DNA from: Bdellovibrionota bacterium
Lineage (GTDB): Bacteria > Bdellovibrionota > FAC87 > UBA2466
Length of the DNA stretch: 56,200 nucleotides
Direction: 5' to 3'
Assembly: GCA_041736915.1 (NCBI GenBank)
Contig: JBGSST010000241.1
Location: forward strand, 1 to 56,200
The notes under the pieces are model-generated. The model was not told where the DNA came from. It ran no database searches and was given only the letters and a program-made list of their open reading frames with translations. The translations under genes and the position numbers were made by a program. Shown in pieces: positions 47,395 to 56,200 of the stretch (the stretch's first letter is position 1; the number at the start of each line of letters is the position of its first letter).

Positions 47395-47945
47395 GTAAAG
47401 TGCGAGTTGGTGTTCTGTTACTTACTTTAGCGTTAGCGGGAACGGCCGCTGAGAGGAAAACTGCTTTGGGGAACGCGCCCGAAGACAAAGGAGCCGCTCC
47501 GCTTCTCACTCCCGGTCTCGGTATTGTCATCAATGCCGATAGGAATAAGGATCTGAGATCGGGTATTCCGTTTCTACCAACGCCCGGTGAGCACTATTTC
47601 TACTGGCAATGTTTGAGACTGGACAAGGTGCGTTTCGGTTGCACCGGTGCGAAGCGCGCAGAGTCCGGCACGGGCTGTCGACGCGACAACTGCATTCCGG
47701 AACTGGAAGTCCATTCCGAGGGCGCCGCCTACCTGTTTATTGCTCATCAGGTCTGGTGTGTAGAAAATTACAGGGATCTCAGGGCTGAGATAAGACGTGT
47801 GCTACGTCATGAGAGAGTTGCCTGTTTCGGAGGCGAATACATCGGTGAGGATCCACCCCAGGAGAACAATGGCAAACGCTCCAGCGCTTGGTTCTTAAAG
47901 CGAATAAAAACGGCGCACGGGAAATGGGACTACTTTCCAGAGTGA
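47391..47945 (+). CDS. Secreted Cys-containing hypothetical protein
   Basis: ATGA overlap with the SLT gene; signal peptide. Confidence 0.6.
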   Translation: MSKVRVGVLLLTLALAGTAAERKTALGNAPEDKGAAPLLTPGLGIVINADRNKDLRSGIPFLPTPGEHYFYWQCLRLDKVRFGCTGAKRAESGTGCRRDNCIPELEVHSEGAAYLFIAHQVWCVENYRDLRAEIRRVLRHERVACFGGEYIGEDPPQENNGKRSSAWFLKRIKTAHGKWDYFPE

Positions 47946-48009
47946 CGGCTTCGGGTGACATCGGGCGTACCCGTCGACAAGCCCACCTTGGGTTGATACC
48001 TACTTGCAG

Positions 48010-48126
48010 ATGAAGAGGAAGGCGGGGCGTCGGGTAGAGGCTTACCAGATTAAAGTAACGCTTCTGGGCAGTAAGCCGCCGATCTAGCGCCGTCTTCTGG
48101 TGAATTCTAAAGTTACGCTGCCGCAG
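48010..48126 (+). pseudogene. Plasmid pRiA4b ORF-3 family fragment
   Basis: Manual translation MKRKAGRRVEAYQIKVTLLGSKPPI*RRLLV..VTL; the conserved Trp of PPIWRR has become TAG at 48085-48087. Confidence 0.75.
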
Positions 48127-48197
48127 CAATTTCAGCCACTGAAAGTGAACAAGGAACCGGCACGGCTGGGCCGATAAATTGTGGTCGCCCCACTTGC

Positions 48198-48482
48198 TTA
48201 GGCAGCTTTTCTCACGCGCACGTCCGCAACCAGTCCTACGGCTTCGACCATCTTGAGCACGCGGTCGATCGTTACCTTTTGAAGACTTCCAGAGAGAATC
48301 CCCGTAACCGCACTACGAGGAAGGCCGCAGCGTTGAGCAATTTCAGCGTGGGTAATCCCGTCCTTTTCAATTCGATTAAGAATGGCGGAAATCAACTGGG
48401 CCTTTATGACCGCTTCCATTCCGCGGGCAGGAGAAACCGAGAACATTTTTGCGAGTTTGGTACTGTTGGTCATTTTCTTCAT
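48198..48482 (-). CDS. higA: XRE-family HTH antitoxin (HigA-like)
   Basis: IKAQL...ITHAEIAQRCGLPRSAVTGILSG...TIDRV motif; downstream of a RelE-like fragment. Confidence 0.8.
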   Translation of the reverse strand: MKKMTNSTKLAKMFSVSPARGMEAVIKAQLISAILNRIEKDGITHAEIAQRCGLPRSAVTGILSGSLQKVTIDRVLKMVEAVGLVADVRVRKAA

Positions 48483-48620
48483 GTCACATCCCTCAGCCGC
48501 TTCTGGGCCATCTCAATATTGTGCTGTGGGGTCTGCTGAGTTTTTTTATGGAAGGCATGCAGGAACCAAATCGATCCCTGCCGCACAACCACGTAAATCA
48601 CCCGGTAGACACCAATTGAG
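48479..48620 (-). pseudogene. Truncated RelE/HigB (Gp49-like) toxin, C-terminal half only
   Basis: GVYRVIYV...FLHAFHKKTQQTP..IEMA.KR present; the N-terminal half is not recognisable. Confidence 0.7.
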
Positions 48621-48804
48621 CAATCTCTTTTTGGCATTGAGGAAGAACCCGAATCACGACGCATTATGTCTTGTTTATGAGACATTGGTCAACGGTGTTT
48701 TTAGCCGCGCGGTTGCTGGCGAAAGAAGCTCACATTGCTTGCAACTGCTTGCGGGGAGAAAATCGAAAATCGTAAGTAGAGGATTTTCTTGTGAAACAAG
48801 AAAA

Positions 48805-48894
48805 TGGCGGAGAGAGAGAGATTCGAACTCTCGAGACCCTTTCGAGTCTGCACGCGTTCCAGGCGTGTGCCTTCAACCACTCGGCCATCTCTCC
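48805..48894 (-). tRNA. tRNA-Ser(GGA)
   Basis: GGAGAGATGGCCGAGTGG...CACGC-CT-GGA-AC-GCGTG, long variable arm, GTTCGAATC and CCA end; 90 nt. Confidence 0.97.
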
Positions 48895-48930
48895 ACTAGA
48901 GGAAAACTTACGGAACAGCAGTAGTTACCA

Positions 48931-49854
48931 CTACAACCGGGACCTTCCAATCACGAAAATGTTGCCCATCGGCAGGGCCGGGGCGGCGTCTCCTAAGCCC
49001 GTGGCGTTGAAAACCCCCTGAACCGCCGACTTCAACGGCTTCGGCAACGGGGCCATCTTCGACCAGTAATTCAAAGGATAACTGTTCTTTAGGTTACCCA
49101 CGTCCACCACGTCGAACCCGTGCCGCTCCAACAGGGCCGCCAGATGGTCCTTATTGAACAGGTAGATGTGCTCGATATCGAAAATCGGCGACTTTTCGCC
49201 CAAAAGCTTGGCCTGTAGGGCGTCTACGTCGTGGGTTACGAAGTAAACCATGCCGTTCGGGGCCAGCACCTGCCGCACGTTGCCCATGAACTTCATCGGG
49301 TCGGTGATGTGGTCCAGCGTGTGGAACGAGCAAACCAGGTCGAACTTCTTGTCCGGAAACGACTTGGTCCCCTCGAAAAAGCCCGAGTAAATGCCATCGC
49401 GTACCGACGGGTGTGCCTTCTCCTTGGCCTCGCGGCTAGGCTCGGCGCCATAAACCGCGTCGAACCCGTGGGCCTTCAGCTCTTCCAGGAAAAATCCGCT
49501 GCTGCAGCCAATTTCTAAAGCCGTTCCGCCCTTACGATTCCAATGCGGGGCCAGCGGCCGCCAGTAATCACGGCGCAACACTTGGGTGTACTCGCTAAAC
49601 GTGACCGCACTGTCGGCGTAAAGCGGCTCAATCACCTCGTCGGGCAAGATCGGGTTCGAATAAACCAGCCGGCAGCCCCGGCAACGAACCAGGTTGTAAT
49701 GAAAGTGCTCGGTCATCCGGCGGGCCGAAAAGACCTGCGGCGTGAGGTCGCCATCCCCAAAAGTTTGGGGGTAAAGGGGCTTGGCCCCCGTGCCCTTTTC
49801 ACAAAAAAGGCAGTCTTTGGACTCGTACTTTAGCTCAGTCTGCATTCCGGTCAT
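48931..49854 (-). CDS. Class I SAM-dependent methyltransferase with Zn-binding N-terminus
   Basis: CLFC and CRGC; LEIGCSSG, FHTLDHITDP and EHIYLF motifs. Confidence 0.85.
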   Translation of the reverse strand: MTGMQTELKYESKDCLFCEKGTGAKPLYPQTFGDGDLTPQVFSARRMTEHFHYNLVRCRGCRLVYSNPILPDEVIEPLYADSAVTFSEYTQVLRRDYWRPLAPHWNRKGGTALEIGCSSGFFLEELKAHGFDAVYGAEPSREAKEKAHPSVRDGIYSGFFEGTKSFPDKKFDLVCSFHTLDHITDPMKFMGNVRQVLAPNGMVYFVTHDVDALQAKLLGEKSPIFDIEHIYLFNKDHLAALLERHGFDVVDVGNLKNSYPLNYWSKMAPLPKPLKSAVQGVFNATGLGDAAPALPMGNIFVIGRSRL

Positions 49855-49989
49855 CGGGCTACCTTATTCGCCCAAAGGTCCGGGATTCAAGAGGAAACGC
49901 CCTCTCGGGGCGCCCTAACCGGATTTGAATTTGACACGATGCGCAATATGCGGGAAACGGGGGCCAACACCCTAACTCTGGAGTCACTT

Positions 49990-50436
49990 ATGCGCTTGTT
50001 TCTCTTAGGTTTGATCGCCCTTACCGGGGCCGTGTCTTTGGCCAACGACGTCGAAGATGTCCTGGTCGCTCCGGTGCAGTTCGGCCCGTTAGACATCGAC
50101 GAAAACTCGGTTCGCGTCGTGGCTTCGCGCCGCATTCCCGGCACCCCGACGTACGACATCGTGCTCGAGTTCAAGATCCTGCCGAAGAACACCCGCGAAG
50201 AGAACTTCGCCGGTCTTCAGCCAGTGGTCGGTCCGGTGCCCAAGCTGCAAGCGATCTACTCGCACCAGGGTCAACCGTTCAAAGTTCCGGGCAAGGCCCG
50301 CTTCGTGAATCACCGCCTTACCGTCACGATCGGTAAAGGTGGCATGCCCTTGAACATCAACGGCGCGACTTACGGATTCATCCTGGGGCCGAACGAAGGA
50401 ACCGTTCAGATCCATAAGCTGACCGGTAAGAAGTAA
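49990..50436 (+). CDS. Secreted hypothetical protein
   Basis: GGAG RBS; MRLFLLGLIALTGAVSLA signal peptide. Confidence 0.7.
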   Translation: MRLFLLGLIALTGAVSLANDVEDVLVAPVQFGPLDIDENSVRVVASRRIPGTPTYDIVLEFKILPKNTREENFAGLQPVVGPVPKLQAIYSHQGQPFKVPGKARFVNHRLTVTIGKGGMPLNINGATYGFILGPNEGTVQIHKLTGKK

Positions 50437-50459
50437 GCCCTGAACAATTTTGTAGTGGT

Positions 50460-50498
50460 AAACGCCGGTTCCGCCATTGCGTGGGCCGGCGTTTTTTT
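50460..50498. terminator. Intrinsic terminator between convergent genes
   Basis: AAACGCCGG...CCGGCGTTTTTTT. Confidence 0.75.
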
Positions 50499-51738
50499 AT
50501 GGCGTCAACGCCGTCACACTCAGCTCGCGTAGCTGCTCGCAGCTCTTGTCGCCCAGCTCCCCTTTGAGCTGCTCGTGAAACCCACGCAAGAGCGCCGAGG
50601 GCATGGCGTTGGGGGTGGCGAAATCGTACTGTCCGTCCGACACCGCGAGCGTCCACCGGTTGGTCGAAAGCCGCATGCGGTCCGCCAAGATCCGTATCTG
50701 CGCCACTTCGAAACGGTGGCTGAACTGGCCGCCGAGCGCATCGTCCGGATCGTGAAAGTTGATCGGCTGACGAATGGATTGGTGCGCCGACCCTTTGTTG
50801 TTCCGCAAAAAGCTGGCGAGCCGCTGGGCAAAATCGGTACGTCCGGTGTTGATGACATCGTTCAACGCCGCTTCGTAACTCATGGCGCCTTCGGCTTCGG
50901 CGTACCCCGGCGGGAAGAACGACTCGAGGCTACCCCTACTCACGCAACCCTTGGCCTGCGCCATGATGAAGGGGCGAAACTTCGCAAAGCGCGACGAGCT
51001 AGTGATGATCCGCCGCAGGCGCTGGTGGTTCAGCGCGGTCAGCTGCTCCGTGACCACGGCATTGGCATCTTTGTGGCCGCCGTTGCGAAAAGTAACTTCT
51101 TTCTCCGGATCGTCGGGGCAACTTCCTCCCGCGGGAATCTCCGCGGGCAAATGCTTGTAGCGATCCCCGTGCCGGTTACCGCTCATGAACTCTTGGTACT
51201 TTCTTAGCTCCTCGGTGCCCGGCTGCATCGTATCGCAGCCAAGCCGCGACAGGCTGCCGTAGGATCCGGCCCACGTGTTGTAGGGATCCCAATTAGGCCG
51301 CGGATCTTTCCCGTGGCAGGCCTGGCACTTGATGGGATTGACCACGATGGGATTCTCCAGCGGATCTTTGCCCTCCCCAAACACCAGCTCGCGGAACTCG
51401 AACTTCTTGGTAACGGCGTTCCACTGCATCGTCTCCACGTTGTCGGCCACGTCGACCGCGGGGGGAGCCTTCGGGTCCTTCGTGAACGTCATCATGAAGG
51501 TCGAGTCTTTGCCGTACAAAATCACGCGCGGTGAAGAGGGGAACGTGTTCCCCGCCTGCGCACTTCGGCTCTCGTACATTAAAAGGTAAAAGCGGCGGTA
51601 CTCTTCGGGAATCAGGGGAAGCAGATCGTCGACGGTACGCACGTCGTTATCGCGAATGATCTTTTCCAGCGCCTGGTAGTTAAACGACTCCGCCGAGGCG
51701 ATTCCCGCCCACAAGAAAACAACCGCCAAAAAGCGCAT
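50497..51738 (-). CDS. Secreted monoheme c-type cytochrome-like protein
   Basis: Signal peptide; single CQACH motif followed by PRPNWDPYNTWAGSYG. Confidence 0.65.
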   Translation of the reverse strand: MRFLAVVFLWAGIASAESFNYQALEKIIRDNDVRTVDDLLPLIPEEYRRFYLLMYESRSAQAGNTFPSSPRVILYGKDSTFMMTFTKDPKAPPAVDVADNVETMQWNAVTKKFEFRELVFGEGKDPLENPIVVNPIKCQACHGKDPRPNWDPYNTWAGSYGSLSRLGCDTMQPGTEELRKYQEFMSGNRHGDRYKHLPAEIPAGGSCPDDPEKEVTFRNGGHKDANAVVTEQLTALNHQRLRRIITSSSRFAKFRPFIMAQAKGCVSRGSLESFFPPGYAEAEGAMSYEAALNDVINTGRTDFAQRLASFLRNNKGSAHQSIRQPINFHDPDDALGGQFSHRFEVAQIRILADRMRLSTNRWTLAVSDGQYDFATPNAMPSALLRGFHEQLKGELGDKSCEQLRELSVTALTP

Positions 51739-51848
51739 GAAGATCCCCCAACGATGGACAGCGACAGCTCCATATTGAGAGGATTCTCGTCCGAAGCAAT
51801 GAACGCCGCGCCGTAGCTGCAGTAAGTGGGATCAGGCGTCACCAGCGC

Positions 51849-52223
51849 TCACGACTCCAGCAGGTGCTTCTCGATCAGGGGCCCGATCTTGGTGGGATGG
51901 AACGGCTTGAGCAGATAGTCGTTCACCCCCATCTTGAGTGCCCGGTCGCGATCGCGCTCTTCACCGTTCGAGGTCAGCATGACGATCGGCAGCTTCTCGT
52001 AGCCGGGTGTGCGCTTCAAGAAAGCCACGAGCTCCAGCCCGTTCATCGGTCGCATGAAGAGATCGGTAATCAGCAGCTGAAATTTTTCCGTCAGCAAGCA
52101 CTTTACCGCCTGCAGGCCGTGCTCAGCCTCCACGATGTCGCACTGGTGCATGGTCTCTAGGTACAAACGCACTAGCCGGCGGATATCGGAATCGTCATCC
52201 ACTATGAGAACTTTGGGATTCAT
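51849..52223 (-). CDS. cheY: CheY-like response regulator
   Basis: VLIVDD, ITDLFMRPMNG, MLT and YLLKPF motifs. Confidence 0.85.
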   Translation of the reverse strand: MNPKVLIVDDDSDIRRLVRLYLETMHQCDIVEAEHGLQAVKCLLTEKFQLLITDLFMRPMNGLELVAFLKRTPGYEKLPIVMLTSNGEERDRDRALKMGVNDYLLKPFHPTKIGPLIEKHLLES

Positions 52224-52683
52224 GGGGCTCCTGGGTTCCCGGGGGCTGAATACTCTGGGCATCGAACAGGTGACGTAAGTCGAGCACGGCGTAGGCCACG
52301 CCCTCAACCTTCACCACTTTGGCTACCGCCACGTCGGTCGTGCCGGCCCACTCGCTCAAGTCGAAAGATTTTTCCTCGCTGGGTATTTCAACCACGTTGA
52401 GCACATCGTCCACGATTAGTCCCAGCGGCTTGCCGCCATAGCCGATGATCAAAATCCGCGTGCGCACTTCGTACGGTGGGTCCTCGGCGCCAAAACGTTT
52501 GCGTAGGTCCACCACGGGCACCATGCGGCCGCGCAGGTTAATCGTGCCTTCTAGATCTTCGCGTGTTCCGGGAAGGGGGGCGATGCCGACCATGCGAATA
52601 ATCTCCTGCACGTTGGGCACGGGCAGGGCGCAAAAGAACGGGTCCACGGAAAAGAGAATGAGGTGGTTCTCTCCGCTGATCAT
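52195..52683 (-). CDS. cheW: CheW adaptor
   Basis: VQEII, GTINLRGRMVPVVDLR and GLIVD motifs. Confidence 0.93.
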   Translation of the reverse strand: MISGENHLILFSVDPFFCALPVPNVQEIIRMVGIAPLPGTREDLEGTINLRGRMVPVVDLRKRFGAEDPPYEVRTRILIIGYGGKPLGLIVDDVLNVVEIPSEEKSFDLSEWAGTTDVAVAKVVKVEGVAYAVLDLRHLFDAQSIQPPGTQEPHESQSSHSG

Positions 52684-53717
52684 GCGGCCTCCTGCTTACG
52701 GGTGCGAAGTGCCGCGGCCATCACCGCCAGCGGATGCACCTGCTCGACGGCCCCCAGCTCGTAAGCCACTTTCGGCATGCCGAAGATCACCGACGAAGGC
52801 TCGTCCTGCGCCATCGTTTGGCCGCCGGCTTTCTTGATGGAGAGTAATCCCTTGGCGCCGTCGCGGCCCATGCCGGTCAGCAGAATCCCTACCGAATCGC
52901 GCGCCACGTACTTTGCGACAGACTCGAAAAGCACGTCGGCCGAAGGACAGCACTCGTTAACCGGAGGACCTTCTATGGAAAGAAACCGGCGGTCGGGCGC
53001 CAGCCCCACGTGGTGCGAGCCCGAGGCCACGTATATCGATCCGGCTTCCAGCAAAGCGCCCGGCCGCGCTTCGAGCACGGGCACGCTCAACGATTCGCCC
53101 AGCCACTCGATAAAGCCCGGCACGAACTCCTGCGCCATGTGCTGCACGATAATTACGCCGTAGGGCGCAGTGGGCTCCATTCCCTGCAGCAAAGTCGCGA
53201 TGGCCTTCGGCCCACCGGTCGAGGCGCCAATCGCCACCACTCGGGGCATGGGGTTCAACGCTAGGGGCTGCTCGTTGATCGTCGCCACGCCGGTGCGGCG
53301 AATGACGACCACGTTGGCCAGGATGCGCAGCTTCTTGCGAAGCATATCGGCGATGGTTTGGTTCTTACCGTCGAGAACCGATTTTGGTTTCAACATCACG
53401 TCGAGCGCACCCGCGGACAACGATCGAAACGGCACTCGTCGGCTACGGTACACGGCGGTCGACGTAAAAATCAGGATGGGCACGGGGGTCTGCCGCATGA
53501 TCGATTCGGTGGCGTGAAACCCATCGGCATTGGGCATTTCCACGTCCATCAGCACGATGTCGGGCTTCAACCTGGCGCAGGCCTCTACGGCCTGCAAACC
53601 ATCGCGGGCTTCGCCTACGATCGTAAAGCCGTGCTCAGGCGTGAGCACGGTCTGAACCCAGTTACGTACCGTCGCCGAATCATCGGTGACGAGTACCCGA
53701 ATTTGCTTTTGCGCCAT
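52680..53717 (-). CDS. cheB: Chemotaxis methylesterase CheB
   Basis: REC domain plus GASTGGP, VQHM and LTGMGRDGA motifs. Confidence 0.95.
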   Translation of the reverse strand: MAQKQIRVLVTDDSATVRNWVQTVLTPEHGFTIVGEARDGLQAVEACARLKPDIVLMDVEMPNADGFHATESIMRQTPVPILIFTSTAVYRSRRVPFRSLSAGALDVMLKPKSVLDGKNQTIADMLRKKLRILANVVVIRRTGVATINEQPLALNPMPRVVAIGASTGGPKAIATLLQGMEPTAPYGVIIVQHMAQEFVPGFIEWLGESLSVPVLEARPGALLEAGSIYVASGSHHVGLAPDRRFLSIEGPPVNECCPSADVLFESVAKYVARDSVGILLTGMGRDGAKGLLSIKKAGGQTMAQDEPSSVIFGMPKVAYELGAVEQVHPLAVMAAALRTRKQEAA

Positions 53718-53720
53718 GAT

Positions 53721-56200
53721 TTACCCCAGCAAAGTTTCGACGGTGCTTATCAGGTTGTTCTGATCGAACGATCCCTTGACGATATAAGCATTGGCGCCAG
53801 CCTGCAGGCCGCGCAGTTTTTCTTCTTCTTTCGAAAGCGAACTGACGAGCACTACGGGAGTGTTCTTGAACCGCGCCGTGCCCTTTACCTTGGCCACCAG
53901 CTCGTACCCATCCATCTCGGGCATCTGAATGTCCGACACCACGAGATCAATCCCGCCCTTTTCCACGATAGCAAAACCCTCTTTACCATTCTTGGCCATC
54001 ACCACGTCGTGGCCCGCCGCTTCGAGCAAAGTTCGGAATAGCTCGCGGCTGGTGTGGGTGTCGTCGCAAACCAAAAGCTTGTGCCGTTTTTGGGGCGCCG
54101 CCGCCGGCGTGGGCGACCACGGGGTAGAGTCCCGGTGTAAGGCGTGGGCGATGAGGCTCGTCGTGTCCACCACCAGAGTAACCGAACCATCGGGGCGAAT
54201 AGTTACGCCGGCCATGTGGGGAATGCCTTTAAAGTGCCGGTTGGGCTCTTTCAGTACAATCGAATGTTCTTCCAGGGCCTCGTCGATGAAGAAGCCGAAT
54301 ACCTCGCGGCGTCCGCGCACGATTCCCTGCACGAAGATGACCACGCGGTTGGCTCCGCGAGCGCGATTTTCCGGCGCGCCAAATACTTTGGCCAACGAGT
54401 CGACGGGCACATTGATGTTGCGGCGATTTATCGTCGGCTTGCCATCGATGGGTTGAAACTCCGATTCGGGAAGTTCGGCGATCTCGACCACCGAGTCCGT
54501 AGCAAAGTAGATGTCGTGGCCGCCCGCGGTGATTAATACCGCCTGAATCACGGCGAGGCTCACGGGAAGAAAGATCTGAAACGTGGTCCCCTTGCCCAGC
54601 TCACTGTGGATGGAGATCTCGCCCTTTAGCCCATCGATATTCCGCTTCACCACGTCCATCCCCACCCCGCGGCCCGAGATCTCGGTTACGGTCTCCTTCG
54701 TGGAGAAGCCGGGCAGGAATATGAGGGGAAACGTATCCTCGGGGGTCATCTCCGACTCGCGCTTGGGCAGGGCAATTCCCATCTTGGCGGCTTTTTGCAG
54801 CACCCGCCGATGATCGATGCCGTGACCATCGTCGCGGATGGAGATCAAAATCTGGCTGCCGCGTTGCTCGGCGGCTAGTTCGATGGTGCCGCGTGCGGGC
54901 TTTCCGGCAAGAATGCGGTCGTGCGACGATTCAATGCCGTGATCCACCGCATTGCGTACGAGATGGATCAGCGGATCGCTCATCTGTTCGAGCAGCCGCT
55001 TGTCCAGCTCGGTATTGGCGCCCTTGATCTGCAGCCCCACCTGCTTTTTCCCATCGCGGGTAAGGTCGCGCACCAGGCGAGGAGCATTGTCGAAAAGAAG
55101 GGAAATGGGGACCATGCGGATACGCAGCACTTCGTTTTGAAGCGCGTGCACGGTAAGCGACGAGCGCTCGGCGTGATTTCCCAAATTCGCGGTGCAGCCG
55201 CCGAGATCCTGGTCGAAAGACTTTAGCGTTTCGCGCCACTCGTCGGTTAGCGGGGCAAATTTTTCACTGACCTCCGGATCGTTCGAAGTGTCGACCGAGA
55301 AGCGATCCATCATCTCAATCCAACGCCAGTGGAGCCGCTGAAAACGGCTGTAGACGCGAACGAGCTCTTTAGTCAGATTCTCCCGCGCATTCTTATCCAG
55401 CGTTAATTCGCTCGCCAGGTTCACCATGCGGTCGAGCTTTTCCAGCTTCACCCGGATCGATTCACGCGCCGAAACGTTCTCGACGGCGGCCACCGGTCGC
55501 TCGGCTTCCGCGGCGGCAGGCTTGGTAGAGGCAACCTTTACGGGGCTTACGCCGGTCGCCAAGGCCGTTAGCTCGGCCATTAGCTCGGAGGAGATCTGGG
55601 GACTCTTGTTCCCCTTCTTCGCTTGATTAAATAGACCGCGCAGCTCGTCGGACGCACGGAGTAAGCAGTCGATGATCACCGGAGATGTCGTAAATGTTTC
55701 GGAACGCAGCCCGTCGAGCACGGTCTCCAGCTTATGGCTTAGCTCCGATACCGCGGGCAGACCGAATGTGGTGCCCGTGCCCTTTAGGCTGTGCGCCCGA
55801 CGGAATAAACCATGCACCAGCTCGTGGTTGTGGGGCTCCTTGTCGAGTCGCAGGATGTCCTTTGAGAACTCATCGAACTCGTCAAGATGCTCGGCGATGT
55901 ACTGTTCCAGTAGCAGCGCCATCTCGCGGTTGAACTCGTTCTCGGCATCGGGAACTACCCGCAGGTCGGGGCGGGCTTCTGCGTCTTGGCTGGCGGTTGC
56001 GGGGTTCGCCTCTTTTTCGAGCACGTCGGTAACTGCGACCGTGAACGGCGCAAAGCTGTCTGGGCCAAGCGACTTTACGCCCGGCACTAGGTACAAAACT
56101 TCAAACGTCAGCTGGCTCGTTCCGCCCCGGGGAACGAACCCCACTACGTTGCCCGCCTCGGCGAACAGTTTTACGGCGTTGTCGAACTCCGCCAGGAACG
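53721..56200 (-). CDS. cheA: Hybrid CheA histidine kinase with C-terminal receiver; 5' end lies beyond the window
   Basis: Hpt AHSLKG, HLVRNAVDHGIE, GFST..SGRGVGMDVV, CheW domain and REC domain; the frame stays open to the window edge. Confidence 0.95.
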   Translation of the reverse strand, partial: FLAEFDNAVKLFAEAGNVVGFVPRGGTSQLTFEVLYLVPGVKSLGPDSFAPFTVAVTDVLEKEANPATASQDAEARPDLRVVPDAENEFNREMALLLEQYIAEHLDEFDEFSKDILRLDKEPHNHELVHGLFRRAHSLKGTGTTFGLPAVSELSHKLETVLDGLRSETFTTSPVIIDCLLRASDELRGLFNQAKKGNKSPQISSELMAELTALATGVSPVKVASTKPAAAEAERPVAAVENVSARESIRVKLEKLDRMVNLASELTLDKNARENLTKELVRVYSRFQRLHWRWIEMMDRFSVDTSNDPEVSEKFAPLTDEWRETLKSFDQDLGGCTANLGNHAERSSLTVHALQNEVLRIRMVPISLLFDNAPRLVRDLTRDGKKQVGLQIKGANTELDKRLLEQMSDPLIHLVRNAVDHGIESSHDRILAGKPARGTIELAAEQRGSQILISIRDDGHGIDHRRVLQKAAKMGIALPKRESEMTPEDTFPLIFLPGFSTKETVTEISGRGVGMDVVKRNIDGLKGEISIHSELGKGTTFQIFLPVSLAVIQAVLITAGGHDIYFATDSVVEIAELPESEFQPIDGKPTINRRNINVPVDSLAKVFGAPENRARGANRVVIFVQGIVRGRREVFGFFIDEALEEHSIVLKEPNRHFKGIPHMAGVTIRPDGSVTLVVDTTSLIAHALHRDSTPWSPTPAAAPQKRHKLLVCDDTHTSRELFRTLLEAAGHDVVMAKNGKEGFAIVEKGGIDLVVSDIQMPEMDGYELVAKVKGTARFKNTPVVLVSSLSKEEEKLRGLQAGANAYIVKGSFDQNNLISTVETLLG

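Larger units (their letters stand above)
46409..48820. mobile_element. Decayed islet integrated at the tRNA-Ser 3' end
   Basis: 18-bp direct repeat AATGGCGGAGAGAGAGAG at 46409-46426 and 48803-48820 (tRNA 3' end); cargo includes pseudogenes; no integrase seen. Confidence 0.75.

Noticed and set aside
48382-49021. ORFs 48382..48924 and 48791..49021 on the + strand
   Set aside because: Antisense to the tRNA-Ser and TA genes; shadow ORFs.
51849-56200. Chemosensory operon as a novelty
   Set aside because: An ordinary hybrid-CheA (Wsp/Frz-like) arrangement, and incomplete in this window.

Overview
Gene-dense, GC-rich bacterial window. The many signal-peptide hypotheticals suggest a Bdellovibrionota-like organism, but no taxonomic marker is present, so that is inference. 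In order: partial cdaA, a MutH/Sau3AI-like nuclease, a Ppx/GppA lipoprotein, tadA, ybgA-like and TIGR01777 genes, glycosyltransferases, a TPR protein and a penicillin acylase. Next is a three-gene Sdp-like locus (Tat-signal precursor with two conserved 18-aa repeats, DUF5819/SdpA-like protein, HTTM/SdpB-like protein), then a DEAD-box helicase, an Omp85 protein and a lipocalin/DUF1295/DUF2177/CIA30 cluster. The main feature is a phototrophy module: a GbsR/MarR regulator divergent from fasciclin, cruF, acyltransferase, GT2, a xanthorhodopsin-type DTE proton pump, a small ORF and blh. The same GTTTAA-N6-TTAAAC palindrome lies upstream of both the fasciclin gene and the rhodopsin gene. Later come a UDP-apiose-synthase-like sugar cassette, a dispersed REP/REPIN-like repeat family, a decayed 2.4 kb islet at tRNA-Ser(GGA), and the 3' part of a chemosensory operon (cheA hybrid, cheB, cheW, cheY-like). 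All calls come from motif recognition by eye; no searches were run.
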